From Alphaproteobacteria bacterium (GTDB lineage Bacteria; Pseudomonadota; Alphaproteobacteria; UBA8366; GCA-2717185), in the NCBI GenBank assembly GCA_047517345.1, contig JAKZTB010000167.1, positions 1 through 48,111 of the forward strand: 48,111 nt of DNA, written 5' to 3'. The notes under the pieces were generated by a model. It searched no databases. It was given only the letters and a program-made list of their open reading frames with translations, and was not told where the DNA came from. Position 1 is the stretch's first letter, and each line of letters starts with the position of its first letter. Positions 29,027 through 38,943 of the stretch are shown piece by piece. Made by a program: the position numbers and the translations under genes.

Positions 29027-30025
29027 ATGCTCGGCTACGTAACCCGAAGAATATTGGTGATGATCCCGACGCTGGTCGTGATCAGCGCGCTGGTCTTCAT
29101 CATTATTCAGCTGCCACCCGGCGACTACTTTACGACCTATATGAATGAGCTGCAGAGTCAGGGCGAGGCGGTCGATCCGGCAAAGCTGGAATTCATCAAA
29201 CAGCAATACGGTTTCGACAAGCCGATGATCGAACAGTATTTCCTTTGGCTGACCGGCATGCTGCAAGGCGATTTCGGCTATTCGTTCGAATTCAGCCGGC
29301 CCGTATCGGAAGTCGTCGGCGACCGGCTTTGGCTCAGTTTCCTCGTGTCTTTCACGACGATTCTGTTCACCTGGATCGTGTCGTTTCCGATCGGCGTCTA
29401 CTCCGCGGTCCGGCAGTACTCGATCGGCGACTACACCCTGACATTTTTCGGTTTTCTAGGGCTGGCGACGCCGAACTTCCTGCTCGCGCTCGTCTTGCAA
29501 TGGTTGGCTTTTTCCTATTTCGCGACGTCGATCGGCGGATTGATGGACCCAGATTTTATCGACGCAGGCTGGTCGGTCGATAAAATTCTGTCCGTTCTTG
29601 AACATCTCTGGGTGCCGGTCGTTGTCATCGGTACGTCCGGAACCGCCGGCATGATCCGGCGGCTGCGCGCCAATCTGCTGGATGAGCTGCACAAGCAGTA
29701 TGTCGTCACGGCACGCGCGAAAGGGCTGCCCCCCGGCCGCGCCCTGATCAAATATCCGCTGCGCATGGCGCTGAATCCGTTCATCGCCGATATCGGGAAT
29801 CTGCTGCCGGAAGTCATCTCCGGCGCCGCGATCGTGTCCATCGTCCTGTCGTTGCCGACCACCGGCCCGATGCTGCTGAACGCGCTGCAGAGCCAGGACA
29901 TGTACCTTGCGGGGTCTTTCCTGATGTTCCTCGCGACGCTAACGGTGGTCGGCACGCTGATTTCCGACCTTGCCCTTGGCGTGCTCGATCCACGAATCCG
30001 GCTCGGCGGAGGTGCGGCAAAATGA
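29027..30025 (+). CDS. ABC importer permease (OppB-like)
   Basis: LPPGD, GDFGYS, YVVTARAKGL (EAA loop), LDPRIR. Confidence 0.93.
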   Translation: MLGYVTRRILVMIPTLVVISALVFIIIQLPPGDYFTTYMNELQSQGEAVDPAKLEFIKQQYGFDKPMIEQYFLWLTGMLQGDFGYSFEFSRPVSEVVGDRLWLSFLVSFTTILFTWIVSFPIGVYSAVRQYSIGDYTLTFFGFLGLATPNFLLALVLQWLAFSYFATSIGGLMDPDFIDAGWSVDKILSVLEHLWVPVVVIGTSGTAGMIRRLRANLLDELHKQYVVTARAKGLPPGRALIKYPLRMALNPFIADIGNLLPEVISGAAIVSIVLSLPTTGPMLLNALQSQDMYLAGSFLMFLATLTVVGTLISDLALGVLDPRIRLGGGAAK

Positions 30026-31194
30026 GCGAAGCGCCGATGGAGCACTACGTCAACAAGGCGGAGTTCGATCCGAACAGGATCGTCAAGCTGACGCCGGAGC
30101 AGGAACGCTACTACATGGCGTCGCAATGGCAGCTCATGTGGTGGAAGTTCAAGCGGCACCGGCTTGCCGTTGTCAGCGGCGGCTTTTTGCTACTCACCTA
30201 TTTCTCGATCCTGATCAGCGAGACCATTGCGCCCTACGATCTCCACGCGCGGCATACGGACTACCTCTACGCGCCGCCGCAATCGGTGCATCTGTTCCAC
30301 GAAGACGCGTTCGTCGGGCCTTTCGTCTATGGCATGAAGGTCAGCCTGAACATCCGCGAATTGCAGTGGACCTATGCCGAGGACACCTCGAAAATCCACA
30401 AGATCAGGTACTTCTGCGTGGGCGACGATTACAAAGGCGCCGAATATTCCTTCTGGGGCCTTTTCAAGGGCAGCTTCCACCTCGTCTGCCCGGCGGACGG
30501 CGGAGAATTGTTTTTGTTCGGCACCGACCGGCTGGGCCGCGACGTGTTCAGCAGAGTCGTCTACGGCTCCCGGATTTCGCTCACGGTCGGGCTGATCGGC
30601 ATCACGATCAGCTTTCTCATGGGCATCACGATCGGCGGGCTGGCCGGCTATTACGGCGGATTTGTCGACGCGGTGGTACAGCGCGTCATCGAAATCATCC
30701 GGTCGTTCCCGTCTTTGCCCTTGTGGATGGCGCTGTCGGCGATATTGCCGGTGACCTGGAGTCCGATTCTGGTTTTCGCCGGGATCACCGTCATTCTCGG
30801 CATGCTCGACTGGCCAGGCCTCGCGCGCGCCGTCCGGTCCAAACTGTTGGCGCTGCGCGAGGAAGATTTCTGTACCGCGGCGCAGCTGATGGGCGCGAAA
30901 CCGAGCCGTATCATCGGACGTCACCTGATGCCGAGTTTCATGAGCCATCTGATCGCCTCGGCGACCCTGTCCATCCCGAGCATGATCCTCGGCGAGACGG
31001 CGCTGAGTTTCCTGGGCTTGGGGCTGCGGCCGCCGATCACGAGCTGGGGTGTTCTGCTGAATGAAGCGCAGAATATCAATGTGGTCGCGCTGTACCCGTG
31101 GCTGATGATGCCGGTCCTCCCGGTCGTCCTGGTGGTGCTGGCGTTCCAATTCCTGGGCGACGGGCTGCGCGACGCGGCCGACCCCTATAAATAA
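30022..31194 (+). CDS. ABC importer permease (OppC-like)
   Basis: FGTDRLGRD, ETALSFLGLG, SWG, GDGLRDAADP motifs. Confidence 0.93.
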   Translation: MSEAPMEHYVNKAEFDPNRIVKLTPEQERYYMASQWQLMWWKFKRHRLAVVSGGFLLLTYFSILISETIAPYDLHARHTDYLYAPPQSVHLFHEDAFVGPFVYGMKVSLNIRELQWTYAEDTSKIHKIRYFCVGDDYKGAEYSFWGLFKGSFHLVCPADGGELFLFGTDRLGRDVFSRVVYGSRISLTVGLIGITISFLMGITIGGLAGYYGGFVDAVVQRVIEIIRSFPSLPLWMALSAILPVTWSPILVFAGITVILGMLDWPGLARAVRSKLLALREEDFCTAAQLMGAKPSRIIGRHLMPSFMSHLIASATLSIPSMILGETALSFLGLGLRPPITSWGVLLNEAQNINVVALYPWLMMPVLPVVLVVLAFQFLGDGLRDAADPYK

Positions 31195-31203
31195 ACGTTT
31201 TAC

Positions 31204-32556
31204 TCAGCGCGACGCGATTACGACAAGATCGACGCCGGCGGAAACGCCTTCCACGGCGACCTCTTGATGGCGTTCTCGCGCCGCCGGTGCGGCATAGTTC
31301 TGCTGCGTTGCGAGATCGAAAGCCTCGCAGGTCGTCAGCGCCCGCGAGCGGGCCGTGCGATTGTGCTTTTCCAGCTTGGCGCACAAATTCACCGGATCGC
31401 CGATCACCGTATATTCGAGCCGCGTGTCGTCGCCGACGGCGCCGAAGATGATCCGTCCGGTGACGACCGCCATGCCGATCGAGATCGGCGGCTTGCCCGC
31501 CGCCGCGCGGTCCGTGTTCCACTTATCCGCGGCGTCGATCAGCGCATCGATTGCACGCATCGCATCCGCGGCATAGCTGTCGCTGGACAGCACCGCGCCA
31601 AAGGTCGCGAGAATACCGTCGCCGAGGAACTTATCGATATTGCCGCCATGTTCCTGAATGATCGGCACCATTCGGGATTCGTATTCGTGCAAAAGCTGGA
31701 TCAGGTTCGACGGATCCATATCGTTCGCCATCTTCGTGAAGCCGCGGATATCGACATTCAGGATTGCCGCTTCGCGGGCCTCGCCCTGACCCGGCCGGAT
31801 GCGTTGATCGGAATGGGTAATTTTCGACGCAATTTCAGGCGAGAAGAAGCGGGCGAGGTCGGCCGCGGCCGCCGCCTCGATAACCGACCGCTCGAGCAGC
31901 CTCCGCGCCCGGACCAGCGCGACCGCTAAAATGCCGGTGACCATCAGGATCGAGATGATCTTGTCGAATTCGGCCCCGAGCAGAATCGTATTCGACGTCA
32001 TATAGGCGACGTAGTCGCGGGTGATCATGTTGTCGTGCGGGTCGATGGAAACCACGTAGAAGACGAGGGCCGACCAACCCAGCGCGGCGCAAACGCCAGC
32101 CAACAATACGAAGCGCGCCTCGAACCGCAATGCGCGCAACGCAATGAAAATAAACACATAAAGAAGAGTCGGCACCTTCAGGTAGAACGATGCGGGCTGA
32201 TCGTACTGAATATGGAAACTCCAGATCAGCATCATCAGAAGCGTGAGATCGGCCGCCACCGACAACGACAGAAACCAGGCTGGAAGGCGGATCCGGTAGG
32301 CGAGCCAGACACGCAGCACCGAGAAAGCGAAATAAGCGCCTAGCGACATGCCGACCGGTGTCAGCCAGGGATCGATGTCCGACGTCTTCGGCGAGATCGC
32401 ATAGAGGATGCCGAACGTCACGACGATACCGAACTGGATCCAAGCGATGAGCCGTTCAGCCTCGTCCTGCTGCTCGGCGATCGCGACGCGCACCCGATCG
32501 GGGACATCGGTATTCGAACCGCTGTTGCTTACGATCTTGGCAATGGTCTTTAACAT
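31204..32556 (-). CDS. Membrane-anchored class III adenylate/guanylate cyclase
   Basis: About 6 TM helices followed by VDIRGFT, IDKFLGDGI and YTVIGDPVNLCAKLE. Confidence 0.9.
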   Translation of the reverse strand: MLKTIAKIVSNSGSNTDVPDRVRVAIAEQQDEAERLIAWIQFGIVVTFGILYAISPKTSDIDPWLTPVGMSLGAYFAFSVLRVWLAYRIRLPAWFLSLSVAADLTLLMMLIWSFHIQYDQPASFYLKVPTLLYVFIFIALRALRFEARFVLLAGVCAALGWSALVFYVVSIDPHDNMITRDYVAYMTSNTILLGAEFDKIISILMVTGILAVALVRARRLLERSVIEAAAAADLARFFSPEIASKITHSDQRIRPGQGEAREAAILNVDIRGFTKMANDMDPSNLIQLLHEYESRMVPIIQEHGGNIDKFLGDGILATFGAVLSSDSYAADAMRAIDALIDAADKWNTDRAAAGKPPISIGMAVVTGRIIFGAVGDDTRLEYTVIGDPVNLCAKLEKHNRTARSRALTTCEAFDLATQQNYAAPAARERHQEVAVEGVSAGVDLVVIASR

Positions 32557-32660
32557 GAATCCGTATTTCGCGCTGGGATTGGGCCGGATCGTTCGCCTAT
32601 TTCATCCTCCGAGACAACCCATAATCGTTTATATAATGCAATATGTCCGTTCAATCCGCG

Positions 32661-33515
32661 TCACCCTTTCTTGAGCCACAGGCTCGATTCGAGAGCGCCT
32701 TCGGGCAGCGCCAAACGATCGATAACGCCGCCTTGCAGCGACGCCGCCATGCGCGTGACGACGAAGTGACTGGCGAACAGCGGCTGCCAGCCACCGCCGG
32801 TCAACAACGCCGCGATGCCGAGTTGTTCGTTGTAGCCGCGCCACGCCCATATCGCCGGGTAATCGTCAGGCAGGAACATGTCATGAATGTGCACGACGAC
32901 GCCTTGGGCAAGGGACGGCAGGACATGATTCAACAGCATGTCCACATCGCTGCCCGGCATCAGAATATGGCTTGAATCGATTGCCAGAATGTCGCCTGCG
33001 GAAAGCGAAGCGAATGCCGTCAGACCGGCCTCCTGCGCCGTCTTGCGGACGATCCGCACACCGGCGAGCCCGTCGAGGGCCGCCCTTGGCGCCGGGTCGA
33101 TCGCGGTAATGTCGGTCGCAAGATCGCCATCCGACACCGCACGGGCAAAGAAGCGCGTCGAGTGCCCGGAACCGACTTCAACGATCCGGGTGGGCTCGAG
33201 CCGACGGACCATCGCATAGGCCGCCGCCCCGTCGAGGCGCGGAAACCAGTCCTGCCCCCAACGGGGCGCCGGCGCCGGATCGTTGCCGATCGCCAGCAGC
33301 GCATTGCGAAACGACTCGATCTCGCCGAGACAGGCGAGAAACGCATCCCTGCTGTCGTCGAACAAAGCTTCGATCGCCGCATAGGCCGGGCGAGTCCCGG
33401 CCGGCGGCACCGCACTGGCATATCGATAGGGAATCAGAAAAGCCCGTTCGTCGAAGCCCAGAACCGTTGGCAAGCCGAAACGAAGGCGCCGTCGCCAAGC
33501 ACGGAAACCGGTCAT
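32661..33515 (-). CDS. Class I SAM-dependent methyltransferase (Methyltransf_24-like)
   Basis: IVEVGSGHST, AIDP, IDSSH, HIHDMFLPDDYP, YNEQ motifs. Confidence 0.85.
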   Translation of the reverse strand: MTGFRAWRRRLRFGLPTVLGFDERAFLIPYRYASAVPPAGTRPAYAAIEALFDDSRDAFLACLGEIESFRNALLAIGNDPAPAPRWGQDWFPRLDGAAAYAMVRRLEPTRIVEVGSGHSTRFFARAVSDGDLATDITAIDPAPRAALDGLAGVRIVRKTAQEAGLTAFASLSAGDILAIDSSHILMPGSDVDMLLNHVLPSLAQGVVVHIHDMFLPDDYPAIWAWRGYNEQLGIAALLTGGGWQPLFASHFVVTRMAASLQGGVIDRLALPEGALESSLWLKKG

Positions 33516-34345
33516 GGCCGAAGGGTCATGCCCTCGCGCGCGACGAGGGTTCCCGGACGCGCCGCTTCGGCCTGTCTCGCGATGTTGTCCATGAAATCAT
33601 CGTCATGCGACGGATCGTGATGAAAAATGACCAAGGTCTTGGCGCCCGCGGCGTCGACGAGGCGTATACCCTCCTGCCAGGTCGAATGTCCGAAACCCTT
33701 GAAACGCGGATATTCGTCGTCGGTGTAGGTCGCGTCGTAAATGACGATATCGGCGCCGGCAATCAGTCCCAGGATGTTGCTGTCCGGCCCGTCCTCGAAA
33801 TGCTCCGTATCCGTCAGATAACAAATCGACCTGCCGTCGAACTCGATCCGATATCCTGTGGCGCGATTCGGATGGTTGAGCGGTGCGGTGCGGATTGTGA
33901 CGCCTTTGCGCGGCGTAACGACTTCGCCACTTTTAAAATCGTTATACGCCACGTCGGCCTGAAAGATTTCCGGCGGGACCGGGAACAACGGTGCGATCAT
34001 CATCTCGATCAAGACGTGCCGCAGCGCGTTTTCCGGCATCAAATGACCGGCCCAAAGATTGATTCGATTGCCCGGTATAAAAAAGGGAACGAAAAAGGGC
34101 AATCCGCAGACATGGTCGAAATGGGTGTGGGTGAAGAATATATCCGTATCCAGCGGCGTTTGCCCGGCCAGCGTGCCGCCTAGCTTGCGCAGGCCGGTAC
34201 CGCCGTCGAAGATCAACCGGCAATCGCCGCAGAGGACCTCCAGGCAGGATGTATTGCCGCCGTAGCGGACCGTCTCGGGACCCGGACAGGCGATACTGCC
34301 GCGAACGCCCCAAAACGTGACGCAAAAATCCTGCCGATCCGCCAT
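33512..34345 (-). CDS. Metallo-beta-lactamase-fold hydrolase (RNase Z/PhnP-like phosphodiesterase branch)
   Basis: FWGVRGS, YGGNTSC, DGGTG, THTHFDH (HxHxDH), NHP, TDTEH, GHST, FHHDP. ATG at 34345. Confidence 0.88.
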   Translation of the reverse strand: MADRQDFCVTFWGVRGSIACPGPETVRYGGNTSCLEVLCGDCRLIFDGGTGLRKLGGTLAGQTPLDTDIFFTHTHFDHVCGLPFFVPFFIPGNRINLWAGHLMPENALRHVLIEMMIAPLFPVPPEIFQADVAYNDFKSGEVVTPRKGVTIRTAPLNHPNRATGYRIEFDGRSICYLTDTEHFEDGPDSNILGLIAGADIVIYDATYTDDEYPRFKGFGHSTWQEGIRLVDAAGAKTLVIFHHDPSHDDDFMDNIARQAEAARPGTLVAREGMTLRP

Positions 34346-34486
34346 CTTTCGCGACCCCAGCGCCAACCCCTCATTCCGGAACTGCCACTTTCGCACGCCC
34401 CGGATAGGCGAGGATAACCCACCCGCAGCGCTTCGTCATGGAGGAATAGACGTTTGGAAATTTTGCGCCGAAGCCGGCGCGCGAGA

Positions 34487-34879
34487 TCAAGATGCGAAGC
34501 TGGAACGCACCTGCGCCGCCCACCGGCCGTCGCGTTTGGCGACAATCCAGAGCGAACGGAACTGCCCCAATGCCGAACCGTTTTCATGGTAACGCGTGAA
34601 CTGCACGTCGAGATGGACTTTTTCAGGGCCTGCCGCAACGACGTTGCGATAATCCCATTCGCTGCGATCCCATCCGTCGCCGGCGCGGGCGAGAAAATCG
34701 GCGAAGTACCGATCGCCCGATTCCCAAACCTGCATGCGGCCCTGGGACAATCTGAAATGCGGGAAATGCAGCGTTGCGCTAATCGCGGCTTCGTCGCGTG
34801 CGTTGAGCCCGGCCATATGCGCGTCGAGCACCGCCATCGCGGCGTCTACCGATTCTTGGTTTGTTTGTTCCGTACTCAC
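34487..34879 (-). CDS. Small NTF2/SnoaL-like hypothetical protein
   Basis: 130 aa with an N-terminal helix (LNARD), LHFPH, KVH...FTRY and DGRW...RS. GTG start with an AGAGG RBS. Confidence 0.65.
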   Translation of the reverse strand: MSTEQTNQESVDAAMAVLDAHMAGLNARDEAAISATLHFPHFRLSQGRMQVWESGDRYFADFLARAGDGWDRSEWDYRNVVAAGPEKVHLDVQFTRYHENGSALGQFRSLWIVAKRDGRWAAQVRSSFAS

Positions 34880-34904
34880 GCTTGATGCCTCTTCATGCCG
34901 CTCG

Positions 34905-36035
34905 TCAATCCTTCAGGTCCGCCCAGAAATCCTTCACCTTGGCGAAGAACCCTTCCGTCTCCGGACTGAAGGACCTGCCGGCGCCGGCCTTTTCGAACTC
35001 ATGCAACAGCTCCCGCTGTTTGCGGGACAGGTTGACCGGGGTTTCGATCCGCGCTTCGATATACATATCGCCGCGCTGGCGGGTATTCAGCACCGACATG
35101 CCTTTGTTTCGCAATCGAAACTGTTGGCCGGTTTGCGTCCCAGGCGGCACGTTGACCTTGGCTTTGCCGCCATCGATCGTCGGTACTTCGATGGCGCCGC
35201 CGAGCGCAGCCGCGGTCATCGACATGGGCACTTTGCAGTAGATATCCGCCTGTTCGCGCTGAAAAAGCCGGTGCGGACTCAGGCTTAGGAATATGTACAG
35301 ATCGCCTGCAGGCGAGCCGTTCAGGCCCGCTTCGCCTTCGCCGGACAGGCGGATGCGCGTGCCGTCCTCGACACCCGGCGGAATCTTGACCGACAGGGCC
35401 TTTTCCTTCTGCGTGCGGCCGGTACCGTTACAGCTCTGGCACGGTTTGTCGATCACCCGACCGGCTCCCCGGCAACCGGGGCAGGTCCGCTCGACGGTGA
35501 AAAAACCCTGCTGCGACCGAACTTTGCCGGCGCCCTGACAAGTCGGGCAGGTAACCGGCTGCGCGCCGCCTTCGGCCCCGCTGCCGTCGCAGGATTCGCA
35601 AGAAACAGCCGTCGGCACGCGGATTTCCGCCGAGCGGCCGCCGAATGCGTCCTCGAGCGAGATTTCGAGATTGTAACGGAGATCGGATCCGCGCCGATTG
35701 CCGCCCCGGCCGCGCCGTCCGCCGCCCATGAACTCACCGAACATTTCGTCGAAGATGTCCGCGAATCCGGAGCCGAAATCGAAACCGCCGGCCTGGCCCG
35801 AGCCACCGCTATTTTCGAAGGCAGCATGGCCGTATCGGTCGTATGCCGCGCGTTTTTCGGGATCTTTCAGAATCTCGTGCGCAAGGTTGATTTCCTTGAA
35901 CTTGTGCTCGGCCTCTTCGTCGCCCGGATTGCGGTCGGGATGATATTCCTTCGCCAATCCACGGAAGGCCTTCTTCAAGTCGTCCTGACTCGCGCCGCGC
36001 GCCACTCCGAGAATTTCATAAAGGTCCTTGGCCAT
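34905..36035 (-). CDS. dnaJ: Chaperone DnaJ
   Basis: J-domain HPD, G/F region, four CxxCxGxG zinc-finger repeats. Confidence 0.98.
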   Translation of the reverse strand: MAKDLYEILGVARGASQDDLKKAFRGLAKEYHPDRNPGDEEAEHKFKEINLAHEILKDPEKRAAYDRYGHAAFENSGGSGQAGGFDFGSGFADIFDEMFGEFMGGGRRGRGGNRRGSDLRYNLEISLEDAFGGRSAEIRVPTAVSCESCDGSGAEGGAQPVTCPTCQGAGKVRSQQGFFTVERTCPGCRGAGRVIDKPCQSCNGTGRTQKEKALSVKIPPGVEDGTRIRLSGEGEAGLNGSPAGDLYIFLSLSPHRLFQREQADIYCKVPMSMTAAALGGAIEVPTIDGGKAKVNVPPGTQTGQQFRLRNKGMSVLNTRQRGDMYIEARIETPVNLSRKQRELLHEFEKAGAGRSFSPETEGFFAKVKDFWADLKD

Positions 36036-36151
36036 CCCCCACCCCTAGGGAAGCGGACGGACGGGACTCATGCCGGTCCGGCCAATGCTTGCGTATCCGC
36101 AAATTCGGCGCAGGTTCCCCAATTGCCGCCCGCACCATCTTGCTGGACAAA

Positions 36152-38071
36152 TCAGGCGGACTTGTCCTTGGTGTCTTCGTCGACTTCCTCGAAATCTGCA
36201 TCGACGACGTTTTCGTCGGCCGGCGCTTCATCGGCCGTCGGCGCTTCCGCCGTGGCTTCTTCCTGCGTCGCCTTGTAGATCGCCTCGCCGAGTTTCATTG
36301 ACGATTGCGACAAGGCTTCGGTCTTGGCCTTGATCGCCTCTCCGTCTTCGCCTTCGAGCGCTTCCTTGAGCGCGGCGACATCGGTTTCGATTTGGGTCTT
36401 GACCGCTTCTTCGACCTTGCCGCCATGTTCCGACAGATTCTTCTCCGTCGAATAGATCAAGCTATCGGCGCCATTGCGAAGCTCGATCAGCTCACGCCGT
36501 TTCTTGTCTTCAGTGGCATGCACTTCGGCGTCCTTGACCATCTGATCGATGTCTTCGTCGCTAAGACCGCCCGACGCCTGGATGCGGATTTGCTGCTCCT
36601 TGCCGGTGCCTTTGTCTTTGGCCGAGACGTTGACGATGCCGTTCGCGTCGATATCGAAAGTCACGTCGATCTGCGGCAAACCCCGCGGCGCGGTTGGAAT
36701 ACCGATCAGATCGAACTGGCCAAGCACTTTGTTGTCCGCCGCCATTTCCCGTTCGCCCTGGAAGACCCGGATGGTCACGGCGGTCTGATTGTCCTCCGCG
36801 GTCGAGAAAACCTGGCTCTTCTTGGTCGGGATCGTCGTATTGCGGTCGATGAGACGCGTGAACACGCCGCCCAACGTCTCGATGCCCAGCGACAACGGCG
36901 TCACGTCGAGCAGCAGCACGTCTTTGACGTCGCCCTGCAGTACGCCCGCCTGAATCGCCGCGCCGATGGCGACCACCTCGTCCGGATTGACGCCGCGGTG
37001 CGGTTCGCGGCCGAAGAATTCCTTCACCGTTTCGATGATCTTCGGCATGCGCGTCATGCCGCCGACGAGTATCACCTCGTCGATCTCGCTCGCCTTCAGG
37101 CCGGCATCCTTGAGCGCCTTCCGGCACGGTTCGACCGTACGCTGGACCAAATCGTCGACCAGCGCTTCGAGCTTGGCGCGCGTCAGCTTCATATTGAGAT
37201 GCTTCGGTCCGCTCTGGTCGGCTGTGATGAACGGCAGATTGACTTCCGTCGACATCGAACTGGACAGTTCGATCTTCGCCTTTTCGGCCTCTTCCTTGAG
37301 CCGCTGCAGTGCGAGCTGATCGCTCCGCAGATCGATGCCCTGTTCCCGTTTGAACTCGTCGCAGAGATATTCGATGATCCGCTGGTCGAAATCCTCGCCG
37401 CCGAGGAAAGTATCGCCGTTGGTCGACTTCACTTCGAAGACGCCGTCGCCGATTTCCAATACGGAAACGTCGAACGTACCGCCGCCGAGGTCGTAAACGG
37501 CAATGGTGCCGGTCGCATTCTTTTCCAATCCGTAGGCGAGCGCCGCCGCCGTCGGTTCGTTGATGATGCGCAGCACTTCCAGGCCGGCGATTTTACCCGC
37601 GTCCTTGGTCGCTTGGCGTTGCGAATCGTTGAAATAGGCCGGGACGGTAATAACCGCCTGGGTCACGGTGTCGCCGAGATAGGCTTCCGCAGTTTCCTTC
37701 ATTTTCTGCAGGATAAAACCGCTGATCTGACTTGGCGCGTAGGATTTGCCATCGCCGCCTTCGACCCAAGCATCGCCATTGTCGCCGGAAATAATGTTGT
37801 ACGGCACCAGTTTCTTGTCTTTCTCCACCTCCGCATCGCCCGCGCGGCGGCCGATCAGGCGTTTGATCGAAAAGAACGTGTTGGTCGGGTTGGTAACGGC
37901 CTGACGTTTTGCGGAATGGCCGACGAGACGTTCTTCGCCATCCGTGAACGCGACCATCGAAGGCGTCGTACGGTGTCCTTCCGCGCTTTCGATGACTTTC
38001 GGGCTGGAGCCCTCCATAACCGCGACGCAGGAATTCGTCGTTCCCAAATCGATGCCGATGACTTTGCTCAT
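36152..38071 (-). CDS. dnaK: Chaperone DnaK (Hsp70)
   Basis: [39 protein letters not shown] motifs. Confidence 0.99.
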   Translation of the reverse strand: MSKVIGIDLGTTNSCVAVMEGSSPKVIESAEGHRTTPSMVAFTDGEERLVGHSAKRQAVTNPTNTFFSIKRLIGRRAGDAEVEKDKKLVPYNIISGDNGDAWVEGGDGKSYAPSQISGFILQKMKETAEAYLGDTVTQAVITVPAYFNDSQRQATKDAGKIAGLEVLRIINEPTAAALAYGLEKNATGTIAVYDLGGGTFDVSVLEIGDGVFEVKSTNGDTFLGGEDFDQRIIEYLCDEFKREQGIDLRSDQLALQRLKEEAEKAKIELSSSMSTEVNLPFITADQSGPKHLNMKLTRAKLEALVDDLVQRTVEPCRKALKDAGLKASEIDEVILVGGMTRMPKIIETVKEFFGREPHRGVNPDEVVAIGAAIQAGVLQGDVKDVLLLDVTPLSLGIETLGGVFTRLIDRNTTIPTKKSQVFSTAEDNQTAVTIRVFQGEREMAADNKVLGQFDLIGIPTAPRGLPQIDVTFDIDANGIVNVSAKDKGTGKEQQIRIQASGGLSDEDIDQMVKDAEVHATEDKKRRELIELRNGADSLIYSTEKNLSEHGGKVEEAVKTQIETDVAALKEALEGEDGEAIKAKTEALSQSSMKLGEAIYKATQEEATAEAPTADEAPADENVVDADFEEVDEDTKDKSA

Positions 38072-38174
38072 AACGTTTTACCCTCTTCTTGCAGCAACTT
38101 TCGCCGACCTGCGGACAGCCCCGGCCAAAGTCCTTTATCGCATTGGATCACATAAAATTTACCGACAGTCGCAC

Positions 38175-38203
38175 ATATGGGAACGGCGTAAATCCGCTAC
38201 AAG
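38175..38203 (-). promoter_or_regulatory. RpoH (sigma32)-type heat-shock promoter of dnaK
   Basis: The minus strand reads CTTG-N18-CCCATAT about 100 nt upstream of the dnaK ATG, matching the alphaproteobacterial RpoH consensus. Confidence 0.7.
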
Positions 38204-38284
38204 CCAAAGAGGCGTATAAAAATTCACGAAATTCGCCATTGAGACCCGGCAAAAGCGGTAATTTCCCCGTGCCGCGCTCCGCAA

Positions 38285-38926
38285 TCAGGCTGTGGTATCG
38301 ACATGTTCGACGTCGTCGGGTGATTCGTCGGGCTTACCCTTCGCGACGCCGACCATCGCCGGCCGCAACAGCCGGTCGTGCATGACGTAGCCTGGCTGCA
38401 TCATTTCCACCACCGTGCCCGCCGTCTGGCCCGTATTCTCGAGTTCGAACATGGCTTGATGCTTTTCGTAGTCGAACTTTTCGCCAAGTGGCAGAATTTG
38501 TTGAATTCCATGCTTTTCGAATGCCGCCAACAGTTCTTTTTTGGTCATTTCGACGCCGACAACGAAGTTTTTCGCCGCTTCGTCGCCGCTGCGCAATTCA
38601 TCCGGCACCGCGGCCAGGGCCCGGTGCAGATTGTCGGCGACGTTCAGCAGATCTTTCGCCAAACCGCTGGCGGCATAACGCAACGTATCCTCGCGCTCGC
38701 GCTCGCTCCGCCGGCGGATATTTTCGGTTTCCGCCATGAGCCGCAGCATCCGGTCGTTCACGGCCGCCAGTTCAATTTCCAATTCGACGACCCGGTCTTC
38801 CGGTGTCGCTTGTTCCGCAACCTCTTCCGGCTGCTCCAGGTCGGCTTCGGCGACGGTTTCCTCGCCTTCCGTTTCCGGTGTTCCATCGTCTTTCTTTTCT
38901 TCTTCGATCATTTCTTCTTCTGTCAT
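38285..38926 (-). CDS. grpE: Nucleotide exchange factor GrpE
   Basis: AETENIRRR, VADNL.RAL, FD...HQAM, GY....RLLRPAMVGV motifs. Confidence 0.97.
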   Translation of the reverse strand: MTEEEMIEEEKKDDGTPETEGEETVAEADLEQPEEVAEQATPEDRVVELEIELAAVNDRMLRLMAETENIRRRSEREREDTLRYAASGLAKDLLNVADNLHRALAAVPDELRSGDEAAKNFVVGVEMTKKELLAAFEKHGIQQILPLGEKFDYEKHQAMFELENTGQTAGTVVEMMQPGYVMHDRLLRPAMVGVAKGKPDESPDDVEHVDTTA

Positions 38927-38943
38927 TCGTTTTTCCTTGTCGT

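Noticed and set aside
15234-34345. Pycsar/CBASS-like anti-phage system (cyclase + CNB protein + MBL)
   Set aside because: The cyclase is membrane-anchored with purine-type specificity residues, the CNB protein has no TM or TIR effector domain, the genes are 15 kb apart, and there is no defence-island context.
36036-36151. Rho-independent terminator after dnaK or other operons
   Set aside because: No convincing hairpin followed by a U-tract was found.
36305-38155. 616-aa ORF on + strand
   Set aside because: Antisense shadow of dnaK, a well-known artefact of codon bias in GC-rich genomes.
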